Part shown: positions 31,594 through 40,595 of the stretch, in pieces
Layout: each line of letters starts with the position of its first letter
Position numbering within the stretch: the first letter of the stretch is position 1
Assembly: GCA_902805775.1 (NCBI GenBank)
Contig: CADCUB010000104.1
Location: 3,431 to 67,430 of the forward strand
Direction: 5' to 3'
Source: an uncultured Frankineae bacterium
Lineage (GTDB): Bacteria > Actinomycetota > Actinomycetes > Mycobacteriales > SCTD01
Length of the DNA: 64,000 nt
Position numbers and translations under genes: made by a program
Notes under the pieces: generated by a model
The model's input: only the letters and a program-made list of their open reading frames with translations
Told to the model about the DNA's origin: nothing
Database searches by the model: none

Positions 31594-33000
31594 ATGTCCG
31601 CAACCGAGCACGTCGAGGTCGGTCCGGACGGTCAACCGACGCTGCGCCGGGTGATGGGTCCCGGGCTGCTCCTGCTGTTCGTGGTCGGCGACATCCTCGG
31701 CACGGGTGTCTACGCGCTGACCGGCGCCGTCGCCGCCGAGGTCGGCGGGGCCGTCTGGCTGCCGTTCCTGGTCGCCTTCGTCGTCGCGATCCTCACCGCC
31801 TTCAGCTACCTCGAGCTGGTCACGAAGTACCCGCAGGCCGCCGGTGCGGCGCTGTACACGCACAAGGCCTTCGGCATCCACTTCCTGACGTTCATGGTCA
31901 CGTTCACCGTGATGTGCTCCGGGCTCACGTCCGCGTCCAGCGCGTCGCGCGCCTTCGCGAGCAACTTCGTGGAGGCGTTCGAGCTCTCCGTCGGCGACGG
32001 CGTCCTGCTCACGCTGCTCGCCCTGGCCTTCATCACCGTGGTGGCCCTGGTCAACTTCCGCGGCGTCAGCGAGAGCGTGCGGATCAACGTCCTGCTCACC
32101 TGCGTCGAGCTCGGCGGCCTGCTGATCATCATCGGCATCGGCGCGTGGGCGCTGGCCCGTGGCGTCGGCGACACCTCCCGGCTGCTCGACTTCGACACCG
32201 CGGACGGCCGGGGCGCGTTCGGTGCCGTCACCGCGGCCACCGCGCTGGCCTTCTTCGCGATGGTCGGCTTCGAGGACTCGGTCAACATGGCCGAGGAGAC
32301 CAAGGACCCGGTCCGGGTCTTCCCCAAGGTGATGCTGTTCGGCCTGTGCCTGACCGGTCTGGTCTACGTGCTCGTCTCGATCTCGTCGGTCGCCCTCGTG
32401 ACGCCCGAGGAGCTCGGCGAGGGGGACGCCCCCCTGCTCAAGGTGGTCGCGGCCGGTGCGCCCGCGTTCCCCGTCGGGGTCTTCGCGTTCATCACGATGT
32501 TCGCCGTGGCGAACTCCGCCCTCATCAACATGCTCATGGCCAGCCGCCTGCTCTACGGCATGGCCCGGCAGGGGGTGCTGCCGGGCTTCCTGGGCCGGGT
32601 GCACCGGCGCCGACGCACGCCGTGGGCGGGCATCGTGTTCACCACCGCCATCGCCTTCGGGCTCATCTTCTTCGCCGACCTCGCCGCCCTGGGCGGCACC
32701 ACCTCGCTGCTGCTGCTGTGCGTGTTCACGATCGTCAACGTCGCGGTCCTGGTGCTGCGGCGGGACCCCGTGGAGCACGACCACTTCCACGCACCGACCG
32801 CCCTGCCCGTGCTCGGCGCCGTGGCGTGCGCCTACCTCGCCAGTCCGCTGTCGGGCCGCGCGGGCGCCGACTACCGCATCGCCGCCGTCCTGATGGTCAT
32901 CGGGGTCGCGCTGTGGGCCGGGACCTCCGCCGTGCAGCGCGCGCTGCGGTCGGGACACGCCGACCGCTCGCCCGAGCGGGTGGACAGCTCCCGGCCCTGA
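31594..33000 (+). CDS. APC-superfamily amino acid permease
   Basis: 468 aa, about 12 TM. VVGDILGTGVYALTG and FAMVGFEDSVNMAEETKDP motifs. SD GGAGG. Paralogue of 51725..53134. Confidence 0.85.
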   Translation: MSATEHVEVGPDGQPTLRRVMGPGLLLLFVVGDILGTGVYALTGAVAAEVGGAVWLPFLVAFVVAILTAFSYLELVTKYPQAAGAALYTHKAFGIHFLTFMVTFTVMCSGLTSASSASRAFASNFVEAFELSVGDGVLLTLLALAFITVVALVNFRGVSESVRINVLLTCVELGGLLIIIGIGAWALARGVGDTSRLLDFDTADGRGAFGAVTAATALAFFAMVGFEDSVNMAEETKDPVRVFPKVMLFGLCLTGLVYVLVSISSVALVTPEELGEGDAPLLKVVAAGAPAFPVGVFAFITMFAVANSALINMLMASRLLYGMARQGVLPGFLGRVHRRRRTPWAGIVFTTAIAFGLIFFADLAALGGTTSLLLLCVFTIVNVAVLVLRRDPVEHDHFHAPTALPVLGAVACAYLASPLSGRAGADYRIAAVLMVIGVALWAGTSAVQRALRSGHADRSPERVDSSRP

Positions 33001-33005
33001 GGGAC

Positions 33006-33022
33006 CACCCCCGGTGGGGGTG
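33006..33022 (+). terminator. Short GC hairpin after the permease gene
   Basis: CACCCCC ggt GGGGGTG (7-bp stem, 3-nt loop), 6 nt after the stop. Confidence 0.4.
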
Positions 33023-33050
33023 ATCGACGGAGGTCGGGTAGGACTGGCGC

Positions 33051-34421
33051 ATGTCCGGCCCCGTGCACGCCACACTCGCCAAGGCGGAGTCCGCCGGCGC
33101 CCACCCCACCGAGCTCGCCGCGCTCCGGCGACGGCTCGAGCAGCTGACCGCCACCGACGCCGGCCAGCTGCCCGGCTCGGAGCTCGAGCCGCTGCCCGAC
33201 CTGCCGCGCCTCGAGGACCTGCCGGAGCCGTCGCCGAGCGAGGCGCGCGCGGTCCTCGACCGGCTGGTCGTCATCAAGCTCAACGGCGGCCTCGGCACGA
33301 GCATGGGCCTGGTCGGCCCGAAGTCGCTGCTCGAGGTCAAGACCGGGGTCAGCTTCCTCGACGTGTTCACCCAGCAGGTGATGTCGCTGCGCGAGCAGCA
33401 CGGCGCCCGGCTGCCGATGATGCTCATGGACTCCCCGACGACCCGCGAGCCGTCGCTGCGTGCCCTGGCCGCCCACCCGGGCACCCGGGAGAACGGCCCC
33501 GTCCCCCTGGACTTCCTGCAGGGGCGCGAACCCAAGATCCGCGAGGACGACCACTACCCGGTCGAGTGGCCGCAGGCCCCGCAGCTGGAGTGGTGCCCAC
33601 CCGGCCACGGCGACATCTACACGGCGCTCGCCGCCTCCGGGACGACCGACGCCCTGCTCGAGGCGGGCGTGCGCTGGTGCTTCGTGTCCAACGCCGACAA
33701 CCTCGGGGCACGGCCGGACGCCCGGCTCGCCGCCTGGGTCGCCGCAGAGGGCGTCCCGTTCGCCATGGAGTCGGTGCGGGGCACCGCGGCCGACCGCAAG
33801 GGCGGTCACCTGGCGCGCTACCGCGGCCGCACCGTCCTGCGCGAGACCGCGCAGGTCCCGCCCGGCGACGACTCGTTCACCGACGTCGAGCGCTGGCGCT
33901 GGTACAACACCAACAACCTGTGGATCGACCTGCAGGCGCTGCGGGAGCTGCAGACCGCTGACCCGGGCGGACCGGCCCTGCCGCTGATCGTCAACCGCAA
34001 GACGGTCGACCCGTCCGACCCGACGAGCACGCCGGTGATCCAGCTGGAGACCGCGATGGGCGCCGCCATCGGCTCGATCGAGGGCGCCCGGGCCGTGCAG
34101 GTGCCGCGGACCCGCTTCGCCCCGGTCAAGACCACCGACGACCTGCTGGTGGTGCGCTCCGACGCCTACGAGCTGCTGCCCAGCGGCGAGATGCGCGCGA
34201 GCTTCGACGGCCCACCTCCCGTCGTCGCGCTCGACAAGGCGCTGTTCCGGCTGCTGCCCGACTTCGAGGCGCGCTTCCCCGGCGGCGCGCCGTCGCTGCG
34301 CCGGTGCCGGCGGTTCACGGTGGAGGGCGACGTCGTCTTCGGCGCCGGGGTCGTGGTCGAGGGCGACGTCACGGTGACCGGTCCCTCGCGGGTCGACGAC
34401 GGCACGGTGCTGCGCGGCTGA
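33051..34421 (+). CDS. UTP--glucose-1-phosphate uridylyltransferase, UDPGP (eukaryote-type) family
   Basis: 456 aa. VIKLNGGLGTSMG, PPGHGDIY, FVSNADNLGA, KGGHL, NTNNLWIDL. This is the UDPGP-family signature rather than GalU. Confidence 0.85.
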   Translation: MSGPVHATLAKAESAGAHPTELAALRRRLEQLTATDAGQLPGSELEPLPDLPRLEDLPEPSPSEARAVLDRLVVIKLNGGLGTSMGLVGPKSLLEVKTGVSFLDVFTQQVMSLREQHGARLPMMLMDSPTTREPSLRALAAHPGTRENGPVPLDFLQGREPKIREDDHYPVEWPQAPQLEWCPPGHGDIYTALAASGTTDALLEAGVRWCFVSNADNLGARPDARLAAWVAAEGVPFAMESVRGTAADRKGGHLARYRGRTVLRETAQVPPGDDSFTDVERWRWYNTNNLWIDLQALRELQTADPGGPALPLIVNRKTVDPSDPTSTPVIQLETAMGAAIGSIEGARAVQVPRTRFAPVKTTDDLLVVRSDAYELLPSGEMRASFDGPPPVVALDKALFRLLPDFEARFPGGAPSLRRCRRFTVEGDVVFGAGVVVEGDVTVTGPSRVDDGTVLRG

Positions 34422-34427
34422 CGGGCG

Positions 34428-35009
34428 GTGCCGCTGCTCGGTCCCGACGACCCGCTGCCGCGGCGGCCCCGGCGGATCCTGGTCGCAGGGGCCTCCGGCT
34501 CGGGCAAGACCACGCTGGCGGCCGGGCTCGCCCCGCTGCTCGACCTGCCGCGGATCGAGCTGGACGCGCTGTTCCACGGGCCCGCCTGGACCCCGCGACC
34601 GTCCTTCGTCGAGGACGTGCGGCGCGTCACCGCGGCGCCGGCCTGGGTCACGGAGTGGCAGTACGGACAGGTGCGGGACCTGCTCGCCGACCGCGCCGAC
34701 CTGCTGGTGTGGCTCGACCTGGGCCGCGTGCTCGTCATGCGCCAGGTCGTCACCCGGACCGTCCGCCGGTCGTGGCGGCGGGAGCAGCTGTGGAACGGCA
34801 ACGTCGAGCCGCCGCTGCGGACGCTGCTCACCGATCCCGAGCACATCGTGCGCTGGGCCTGGTCGACCCACGGCCACACCGGCCCTCGGGTGGCCGCACT
34901 GCGCTCGCGGCGGCCCGACCTCCCCGTCGTCCGGCTGAGGTCCCGCTCCGAGGTGGCGCGCTGGCTCGCCGGTCCCGTACGTCAAGCCCCGGGCGTCCCC
35001 CCGACCTGA
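34428..35009 (+). CDS. P-loop NTPase (adenylate-kinase/FlaR-like AAA domain protein)
   Basis: 193 aa. Walker A GASGSGKTT. GTG start 6 nt after the upstream stop. Confidence 0.7.
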   Translation: MPLLGPDDPLPRRPRRILVAGASGSGKTTLAAGLAPLLDLPRIELDALFHGPAWTPRPSFVEDVRRVTAAPAWVTEWQYGQVRDLLADRADLLVWLDLGRVLVMRQVVTRTVRRSWRREQLWNGNVEPPLRTLLTDPEHIVRWAWSTHGHTGPRVAALRSRRPDLPVVRLRSRSEVARWLAGPVRQAPGVPPT

Positions 35010-35067
35010 CACCGCCTACCCGGTATGCTCTACTGCGTATGCCCAGCTGGTCAGGGGAGGGCGCACC

Positions 35068-35634
35068 GTGTCGGTCAAGCACGCGCTGCTCGCGCTGCTG
35101 TGCGAGGGCCCGCGCTACGGCTACGAGCTCAAGGCGGCCTTCGAGGCGCGCACCGGTGACGCCTGGCCGCTGAACGTCGGGCAGGTCTACACGACGCTGG
35201 CGCGGCTCGAGCGCGACGGCCACGTCGAGCGCGACAGCGAGGACGTCGACGGTCACGTGCACTACCGCCTCACCGACGCCGGACGGCGGGAGACCCGCGC
35301 CTGGTGGGACAGCGAGGTGACGCGGGAGGCGCCGCCCCGCGACGAGCTGGCCATCAAGCTGGCGCTGGCGCTCACCGTGCCGGGGGTCGACGTCCGCGAC
35401 GTCCTGCAGCGCCAGCGGACGGCGACCGTGCGCGCGCTGCAGACGCACACGCGCCGGCGGGCGCGGCTGACCTCCGCGCAGCGGGACGGCACGGCGCCGG
35501 CGGGCGCCGGGACGACCGCCGCCGTGCTCGTCCTGGAGTCGCTGATCTTCGCTGCCGAGGCCGAGGTGCGGTGGCTCGACCACTGCGAGGCGCGGCTGCT
35601 GCGCACCGCCGACCCGAACGGAGCCCGTCCATGA
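35068..35634 (+). CDS. PadR-family transcriptional regulator
   Basis: 188 aa. LLALLCEGPRYGYELKAAFE...GQVYTTLARLERDGHV. SD GGGGAGG. Its stop overlaps the next start (ATGA). Confidence 0.85.
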   Translation: MSVKHALLALLCEGPRYGYELKAAFEARTGDAWPLNVGQVYTTLARLERDGHVERDSEDVDGHVHYRLTDAGRRETRAWWDSEVTREAPPRDELAIKLALALTVPGVDVRDVLQRQRTATVRALQTHTRRRARLTSAQRDGTAPAGAGTTAAVLVLESLIFAAEAEVRWLDHCEARLLRTADPNGARP

Positions 35635-36332
35635 CCGCCGTCCTCGAGCTGCGGGCCGCGACGCGCACGCACGGCACCGGCCCGACGGCGGTGCACGCGC
35701 TGCGGGGGGTCGACCTCGTCGTACGGCCCGGTGAGCTCGTGGCGGTCATGGGGCCCTCCGGCTCGGGCAAGTCGAGCCTGCTCATGCTGGCCGGCGGCCT
35801 GGACGCTTCGACCTCCGGCGAGGTCCTCGTGGAGGGGGTGCCCCTGTCGGGCCTGGACCCGGCGGGACTGGCCTCGCTGCGCCGCCGGGCGGTCGGCTAC
35901 GTCTTCCAGGAGCTCAACCTGCTCCCGGCGCTGACCGCCGCCGAGAACGTCGCCCTGCCGCTGGAGCTCGACGGGGTGCCGGGCCGGGCGGCGCGCGAGC
36001 TCGCACTGCGGGCGCTCGACGAGGTCGAGCTGGCCCCGGCGGCGCGCCGCTTCCCCGACGAGCTGTCGGGCGGCGAGCAGCAGCGGGTGGCCATCGCCCG
36101 GGCCCTGGTGGGCGACCGGCGACTCCTGCTCGCCGACGAGCCGACCGGTGCGCTCGACTCGGTCACCGGCGAGGCGGTGCTCGAGCTGCTGCGGGCGCGC
36201 GTCGACGCAGGGGCGGCCGCTGTCCTGGTGACCCACGAGGCGCGCCATGCCGCCTGGGCCGACCGGGTCGTGTTCCTGCGCGACGGCCGGCTGGTCGACG
36301 AGGCGCGCTCGGCCGTCGGGTGGACGGCGTGA
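35631..36332 (+). CDS. ABC transporter ATP-binding protein (MacB/LolD-like)
   Basis: 233 aa. Walker A GPSGSGKSS, signature LSGGEQQRV, Walker B LLLADEPTGALD. Confidence 0.9.
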   Translation: MTAVLELRAATRTHGTGPTAVHALRGVDLVVRPGELVAVMGPSGSGKSSLLMLAGGLDASTSGEVLVEGVPLSGLDPAGLASLRRRAVGYVFQELNLLPALTAAENVALPLELDGVPGRAARELALRALDEVELAPAARRFPDELSGGEQQRVAIARALVGDRRLLLADEPTGALDSVTGEAVLELLRARVDAGAAAVLVTHEARHAAWADRVVFLRDGRLVDEARSAVGWTA

Positions 36333-39025
36333 CCGTCCTGCTCGAGCGCCCGGCCGACACCCGGCGGCGTGCGGGCGGCACCGGATGGCGGCCGGCTCTG
36401 CGCATCGCCCGCCGCGAGCTCCTGCGCGCCAGGGCCCGCACCCTGGTGGTGCTGCTCATGGTCCTGCTGCCGGTCACGGGGGTCGTCGCGCTCGACACGC
36501 TCCTGCGCACCGCCGACGTCTCGGCCGTCGAGTCGCTCCCGGTCGAGCTGGGCGACGCCGACGCCCGCATCGACCTGCTCCCGTACGGCGGTGCGGTCCT
36601 GCAGTCGCCCGACGGGCGCGAGATGGGGACCGGGCCCGGGAGTGGGCCGATGCTCGACGAGCGGGCGCTGCGGGCCGCGCTCCCGCCCGCCAGCCGGCTG
36701 CTGCTCGTCCGCGAGTCGGTGCTGCCCCGTGCCTTCCGCGCAGGCGCCGACCGGGTGGTGCGCGCGGGAGCCGTCGGCGCCGACCTGCGCGAGGCCGCCG
36801 GACGAGGTCCGTTCCGGCTGCGCAGCGGGCGGGCACCCGCCGGTGAGGACGAGGTCGCCGTCAGCCCGGAGCTCGCCGAGCGGGGCCTGCGGGCCGGCAC
36901 GACCCTGACGCTCCCCGACGGGCGCTCCGCGCAGGTGACGGGCACGGTCTCCGTGCCGCCGCTGTTCGGCGACGCGGTCGTCGTCGGGCAGCCGGAGGCC
37001 GTCGGCCTGAAGGACGCCCCCGTGAGCCGGGCGTACGTCAGCGGCGCCGAGGTGAGCTGGACCGACGTCCGCGAGCTCAACGCCCGAGGCGGCCTGGTCC
37101 TGTCACGTGCGGTGGTCCTCGACCCGCCGCCCGAGGAGCAGGTCCCCGAGCTGCCCGTCGGCAGCTCGGTGAGCACGGCGGCCCTGATCGGCCTGATCGT
37201 CGTCATGGCCGTGCTCGAGGTCGTCCTGCTCGCCGGACCGGCCTTCGCCGTGGGCGCCCGGCGTTCGCGTCGGGCACTCGCGCTGCTCGCGGCGACCGGC
37301 GGCGAGCCGCGCCACGTGCGGCGCGTCGTGCTGGCCCAGGGGCTGCTCGTCGGCGGCAGCGCCGCGGTGCTCGGCGCCGTCCTGGGCATCGCCGTGGCCG
37401 CCGGCGCCCGAGGCCCCCTCACGCGCTGGGCCGACGCGCAGTGGGGCCCGTTCGAGGTGAGCGTCCGCGACGTCGTCCTGCTGGCCCTGCTCGGCGCCGG
37501 GACGGCCGTGCTGGCCGCCCTGCTCCCGGCCCACCTCGCGGCCCGGGAGCCGGTCGTCGCCTCCCTGCGCGGACGGCGGCCGTCCCCCGCCGCCACCGCC
37601 CTGCCGACGACCCTGGGGCTGGTGCTGTTCGGGCTCGGCGCGGTGACGTGCCTGGCGTCGCTGCGCGCCGGTTCGCCGGAGCTCCTGATCGCCTTCTCCG
37701 CCCTGCCCACCGTGGTCGGGGCGGTCCTGCTGGCGCCGGTCGTGCTGCACCTGCTCGGTCGGCGCGCCGGGCGTCTCCCGCTGCCGCTGCGCTACACCCT
37801 GCGCGACGCCGACCGCCAGCGCCCGCGCACGGCACCCGCCGTGGCGGCCGTCGCCGCCACCGTCGCGGCCGCCTTCGCCCTCGGCACGGCGACGGGCAGC
37901 GACGCGGAGCAGGAGCGCGCGACGTACTCGCGGACCGGCCCGGTCGGCGCGGCCGTCGTCACCGGCTGGCCCGGGCCGACGACGACCGACTGGCCGGCGC
38001 TGGAGGCCGCCGCCCGGCGAGCGCTGCCCGGCGAGCCGGTGCGGCGGGTGGCCGGGCTGGCCTCCGACGTCCCCTCCGACGGCGGCACCGTCGAGCAGGT
38101 CCAGCTCTGCCTGCCCGACGCCCCCCGCCGGGACCTCTGCGAGGGGCCGATGACCTCCTACAACAGCGGCCTGGGCAGCAGCACGCTGGTCGGGGAGGGG
38201 GCCCTGGAGGCGGTCGCGCCCCTGCTCGCCCCCGGCGCGCTGCCGACCGCCCGGCAGGCCCTGCGGACCGGAGCGGTCGTGGTGCTCGGCCCGACGCCGG
38301 CCACGCTCGACGTCCGGCGGGTGCGCGTCGAGGCGCCGGACGAGGGGGGTGCGGCGAGCTCGGAGCAGGTGGCCGAGGTGAGCGCGCCCGCCGTCCCGGT
38401 GCAGGTCCGCGACGCGACCGCCCCGGCGCAGGCCGTCCTCCCCGACGCGCTCGGCGCTCGGCTGGGCGGCGTCGGCACGGTCTCCCTGCTCGTGGGCGAC
38501 GGCCTGAGCGTGCAGGAGGAGCGGCGGCTGCTCGACCAGGTCTCGCTGGTCGACTCGGGCGCCTCGGTCTTCGTCGAGCGCGGCGCGCGCGACGACGCCG
38601 GGCTCGCCCTGCTGCTGCTGGTGCTCGCTGCCGGCGCGCTGGTCCTGGCCGGCACCCTGGCCGCCACGTCGCTCGCCCTGGTCGAGGCGCAGCCCGACTT
38701 CGCGGTCCTCGCGCAGGTCGGGGCGCGGCCGCGGACCCGCCGCGTCGTCGCCGGCACCTACGCCGCCGTGCTGGCCCTGGTCGGCGGGCTGCTGGGCGTG
38801 GCGGCCGGGTCCGTCCCGGGCCTCACCGCCGCCGTGGCCCTGACCCGGACCGGCCTGGGCGTCTCGGGGCCGCCGGGCGAGCTCCCCTCCCCGTGGACGC
38901 ACGTCGAGGTCCCCTGGCTGCTGCTGGTCGGCCTGCTGGGAGTCCTCCCCGTCCTGGCGGGGGCGCTGGCCGCGCTCACCGTCCGCAGCACACCCGCCTC
39001 CGCGGCCGTCCGCAGGGCTGTCTGA
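36320..39025 (+). CDS. ABC transporter permease with two FtsX-type domains
   Basis: About 900 aa. Two four-TM FtsX-like modules separated by large extracytoplasmic regions. Start overlaps the ATPase gene (GTG 36320, or GTG 36329 giving a GTGA overlap). Confidence 0.8.
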   Translation: MDGVTVLLERPADTRRRAGGTGWRPALRIARRELLRARARTLVVLLMVLLPVTGVVALDTLLRTADVSAVESLPVELGDADARIDLLPYGGAVLQSPDGREMGTGPGSGPMLDERALRAALPPASRLLLVRESVLPRAFRAGADRVVRAGAVGADLREAAGRGPFRLRSGRAPAGEDEVAVSPELAERGLRAGTTLTLPDGRSAQVTGTVSVPPLFGDAVVVGQPEAVGLKDAPVSRAYVSGAEVSWTDVRELNARGGLVLSRAVVLDPPPEEQVPELPVGSSVSTAALIGLIVVMAVLEVVLLAGPAFAVGARRSRRALALLAATGGEPRHVRRVVLAQGLLVGGSAAVLGAVLGIAVAAGARGPLTRWADAQWGPFEVSVRDVVLLALLGAGTAVLAALLPAHLAAREPVVASLRGRRPSPAATALPTTLGLVLFGLGAVTCLASLRAGSPELLIAFSALPTVVGAVLLAPVVLHLLGRRAGRLPLPLRYTLRDADRQRPRTAPAVAAVAATVAAAFALGTATGSDAEQERATYSRTGPVGAAVVTGWPGPTTTDWPALEAAARRALPGEPVRRVAGLASDVPSDGGTVEQVQLCLPDAPRRDLCEGPMTSYNSGLGSSTLVGEGALEAVAPLLAPGALPTARQALRTGAVVVLGPTPATLDVRRVRVEAPDEGGAASSEQVAEVSAPAVPVQVRDATAPAQAVLPDALGARLGGVGTVSLLVGDGLSVQEERRLLDQVSLVDSGASVFVERGARDDAGLALLLLVLAAGALVLAGTLAATSLALVEAQPDFAVLAQVGARPRTRRVVAGTYAAVLALVGGLLGVAAGSVPGLTAAVALTRTGLGVSGPPGELPSPWTHVEVPWLLLVGLLGVLPVLAGALAALTVRSTPASAAVRRAV

Positions 39026-39143
39026 CCGTCGGTACGTCGCGCCCGGGTCGGCGGGCAGCCGGGCGAGCACGGCTCCGCACCCGCCGGTAGGGTCTCCCGA
39101 TCACGGCGAGGTCGTCCCGACCCGGGCGCGCGGAGGACGACGG

Positions 39144-40154
39144 ATGCTCGAGAGCACGACCGGCACGGACGCCGTCGGACTGCCGCTGCCGGGCTTCGAG
39201 CGGGCCTGCGCCGAGGTGCTCCAGCTGCTGCAGGCGCGCGTCGGCCTGGGCCTGTGGATGGTCACCCGGGCCGTCGGCACCGACCAGGTGGTGCTCGCGG
39301 CGCGCACGGCGCCCGGCAGCGGCTACGACGTGAGCCAGGGAGCCAGCCTGTCGTGGGACGGCTCGCTGTGCGCCGCGATGGTCGCCGGCCGGGGGCCGGC
39401 CGTCGCCCCCCGCGTGGTCGACGTGCCGGCGTACGCCGAGGCGCCCAACCGCCAGCTGCTGCCCATCAGCGCCTACGTCGCGGTGCCCCTGCGGCGCGAC
39501 GACGGCGCGGTGTTCGGCACCCTGTGCGGCTTCGACACCGCCCCGCAGCCCGACTCGCTGCACGAGGCCGAGCAGCTGATGGCGGTGCTGGGCCAGCTGC
39601 TGGCCACCGTCCTGCGCCTGGAGCTCGACCTCGACCGCCAGTCGCGACGGGCCGAGCGGGCGGAGGTCGAGGCCGGGGTCGACGCGCTGACCGGACTGGC
39701 CAACCGGCGCACGTGGGACATCGTGCTCGCGGCCGAGGAGGCCCGCTCACGCCGGTACGGCCATCCCGCGTCGGTGATCGTGCTGGACCTGAACGACCTC
39801 AAGGCGGTGAACGACACCTCCGGCCACGAGGCCGGCGATGCGCTGCTGCGCGCCTGCGCGGCCGTGCTGCGGTCGACCGCCCGCGACAACGACCTCGTCG
39901 CCCGGCTCGGTGGGGACGAGTTCGGCGTGCTGGCCGTCGAGACCGACCCCGCCGGCGCCACGGCCACGCTCGACCGGATCCGCGCCGCCCTGCGCGACGA
40001 CGGGATCCGGGCGGCGGCCGGGCTCGGGACGCGCGCCGGCGACGGGACGCTGTCCGCGGCCTGGCGCGAGGCCGACTCCGCGATGTACGCCGACAAGCTC
40101 GCGCAGCAGCGGTCCGGGCGGTCGGGCCCCCGGCGGCAGGACCCGGTCGTCTAG
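39144..40154 (+). CDS. GAF-domain diguanylate cyclase (GGDEF)
   Basis: 336 aa. N-terminal GAF-like region, active site RLGGDEFGV, RxxD I-site (RDND) exactly 5 residues upstream of GGDEF. SD GGAGGA. Confidence 0.85.
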   Translation: MLESTTGTDAVGLPLPGFERACAEVLQLLQARVGLGLWMVTRAVGTDQVVLAARTAPGSGYDVSQGASLSWDGSLCAAMVAGRGPAVAPRVVDVPAYAEAPNRQLLPISAYVAVPLRRDDGAVFGTLCGFDTAPQPDSLHEAEQLMAVLGQLLATVLRLELDLDRQSRRAERAEVEAGVDALTGLANRRTWDIVLAAEEARSRRYGHPASVIVLDLNDLKAVNDTSGHEAGDALLRACAAVLRSTARDNDLVARLGGDEFGVLAVETDPAGATATLDRIRAALRDDGIRAAAGLGTRAGDGTLSAAWREADSAMYADKLAQQRSGRSGPRRQDPVV

Positions 40155-40588
40155 CGCAGGCGCCCGACGAGACGGCGCTGCCACGGGGTCTCGACCGCGC
40201 GGGAGTCGTAGCCGGCGCGCACGAGGGCCACCGCGGCCTCCGGCTCCAGGCCGTCCAGGACGGCCAGGCACGCCAGGGCCGTGCCCGTGCGGCCGCGACC
40301 GCCGCCGCACGCGACCTCGACGCGCTCGAAGGCCGCCCGCCGCCAGGCCTCGGCGAGCACCCGCGCAGCCTCGACGCGGTCCGACGGCAACCCGAAGTCG
40401 GGCCACCGCACCCAGCGCGTCTCCCACTCGACCTCCGGCGGAGGTCGCCGCGAGAGGTGGATGCCCAGGTCGGGACGCGGCCCGGCGGGCAGCGGACGGC
40501 GCAGCGCCCGTCCCCGCAGCAGGCGCCCCGAGGGCAGCCGGAGCACACCGGGGGCCGCCGGGTCCCACGTGGGGGGAGCTGCGGTCAC
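40151..40588 (-). CDS. Small CX5R phosphatase (protein-tyrosine/dual-specificity phosphatase-like)
   Basis: 145 aa from the GTG at 40588. P-loop VACGGGRGRTG (C-x5-R-T). The track ORF 40151..41179 is over-extended into the upstream gene. Confidence 0.65.
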   Translation of the reverse strand: MTAAPPTWDPAAPGVLRLPSGRLLRGRALRRPLPAGPRPDLGIHLSRRPPPEVEWETRWVRWPDFGLPSDRVEAARVLAEAWRRAAFERVEVACGGGRGRTGTALACLAVLDGLEPEAAVALVRAGYDSRAVETPWQRRLVGRLR

Positions 40589-40595
40589 GCGGCCC

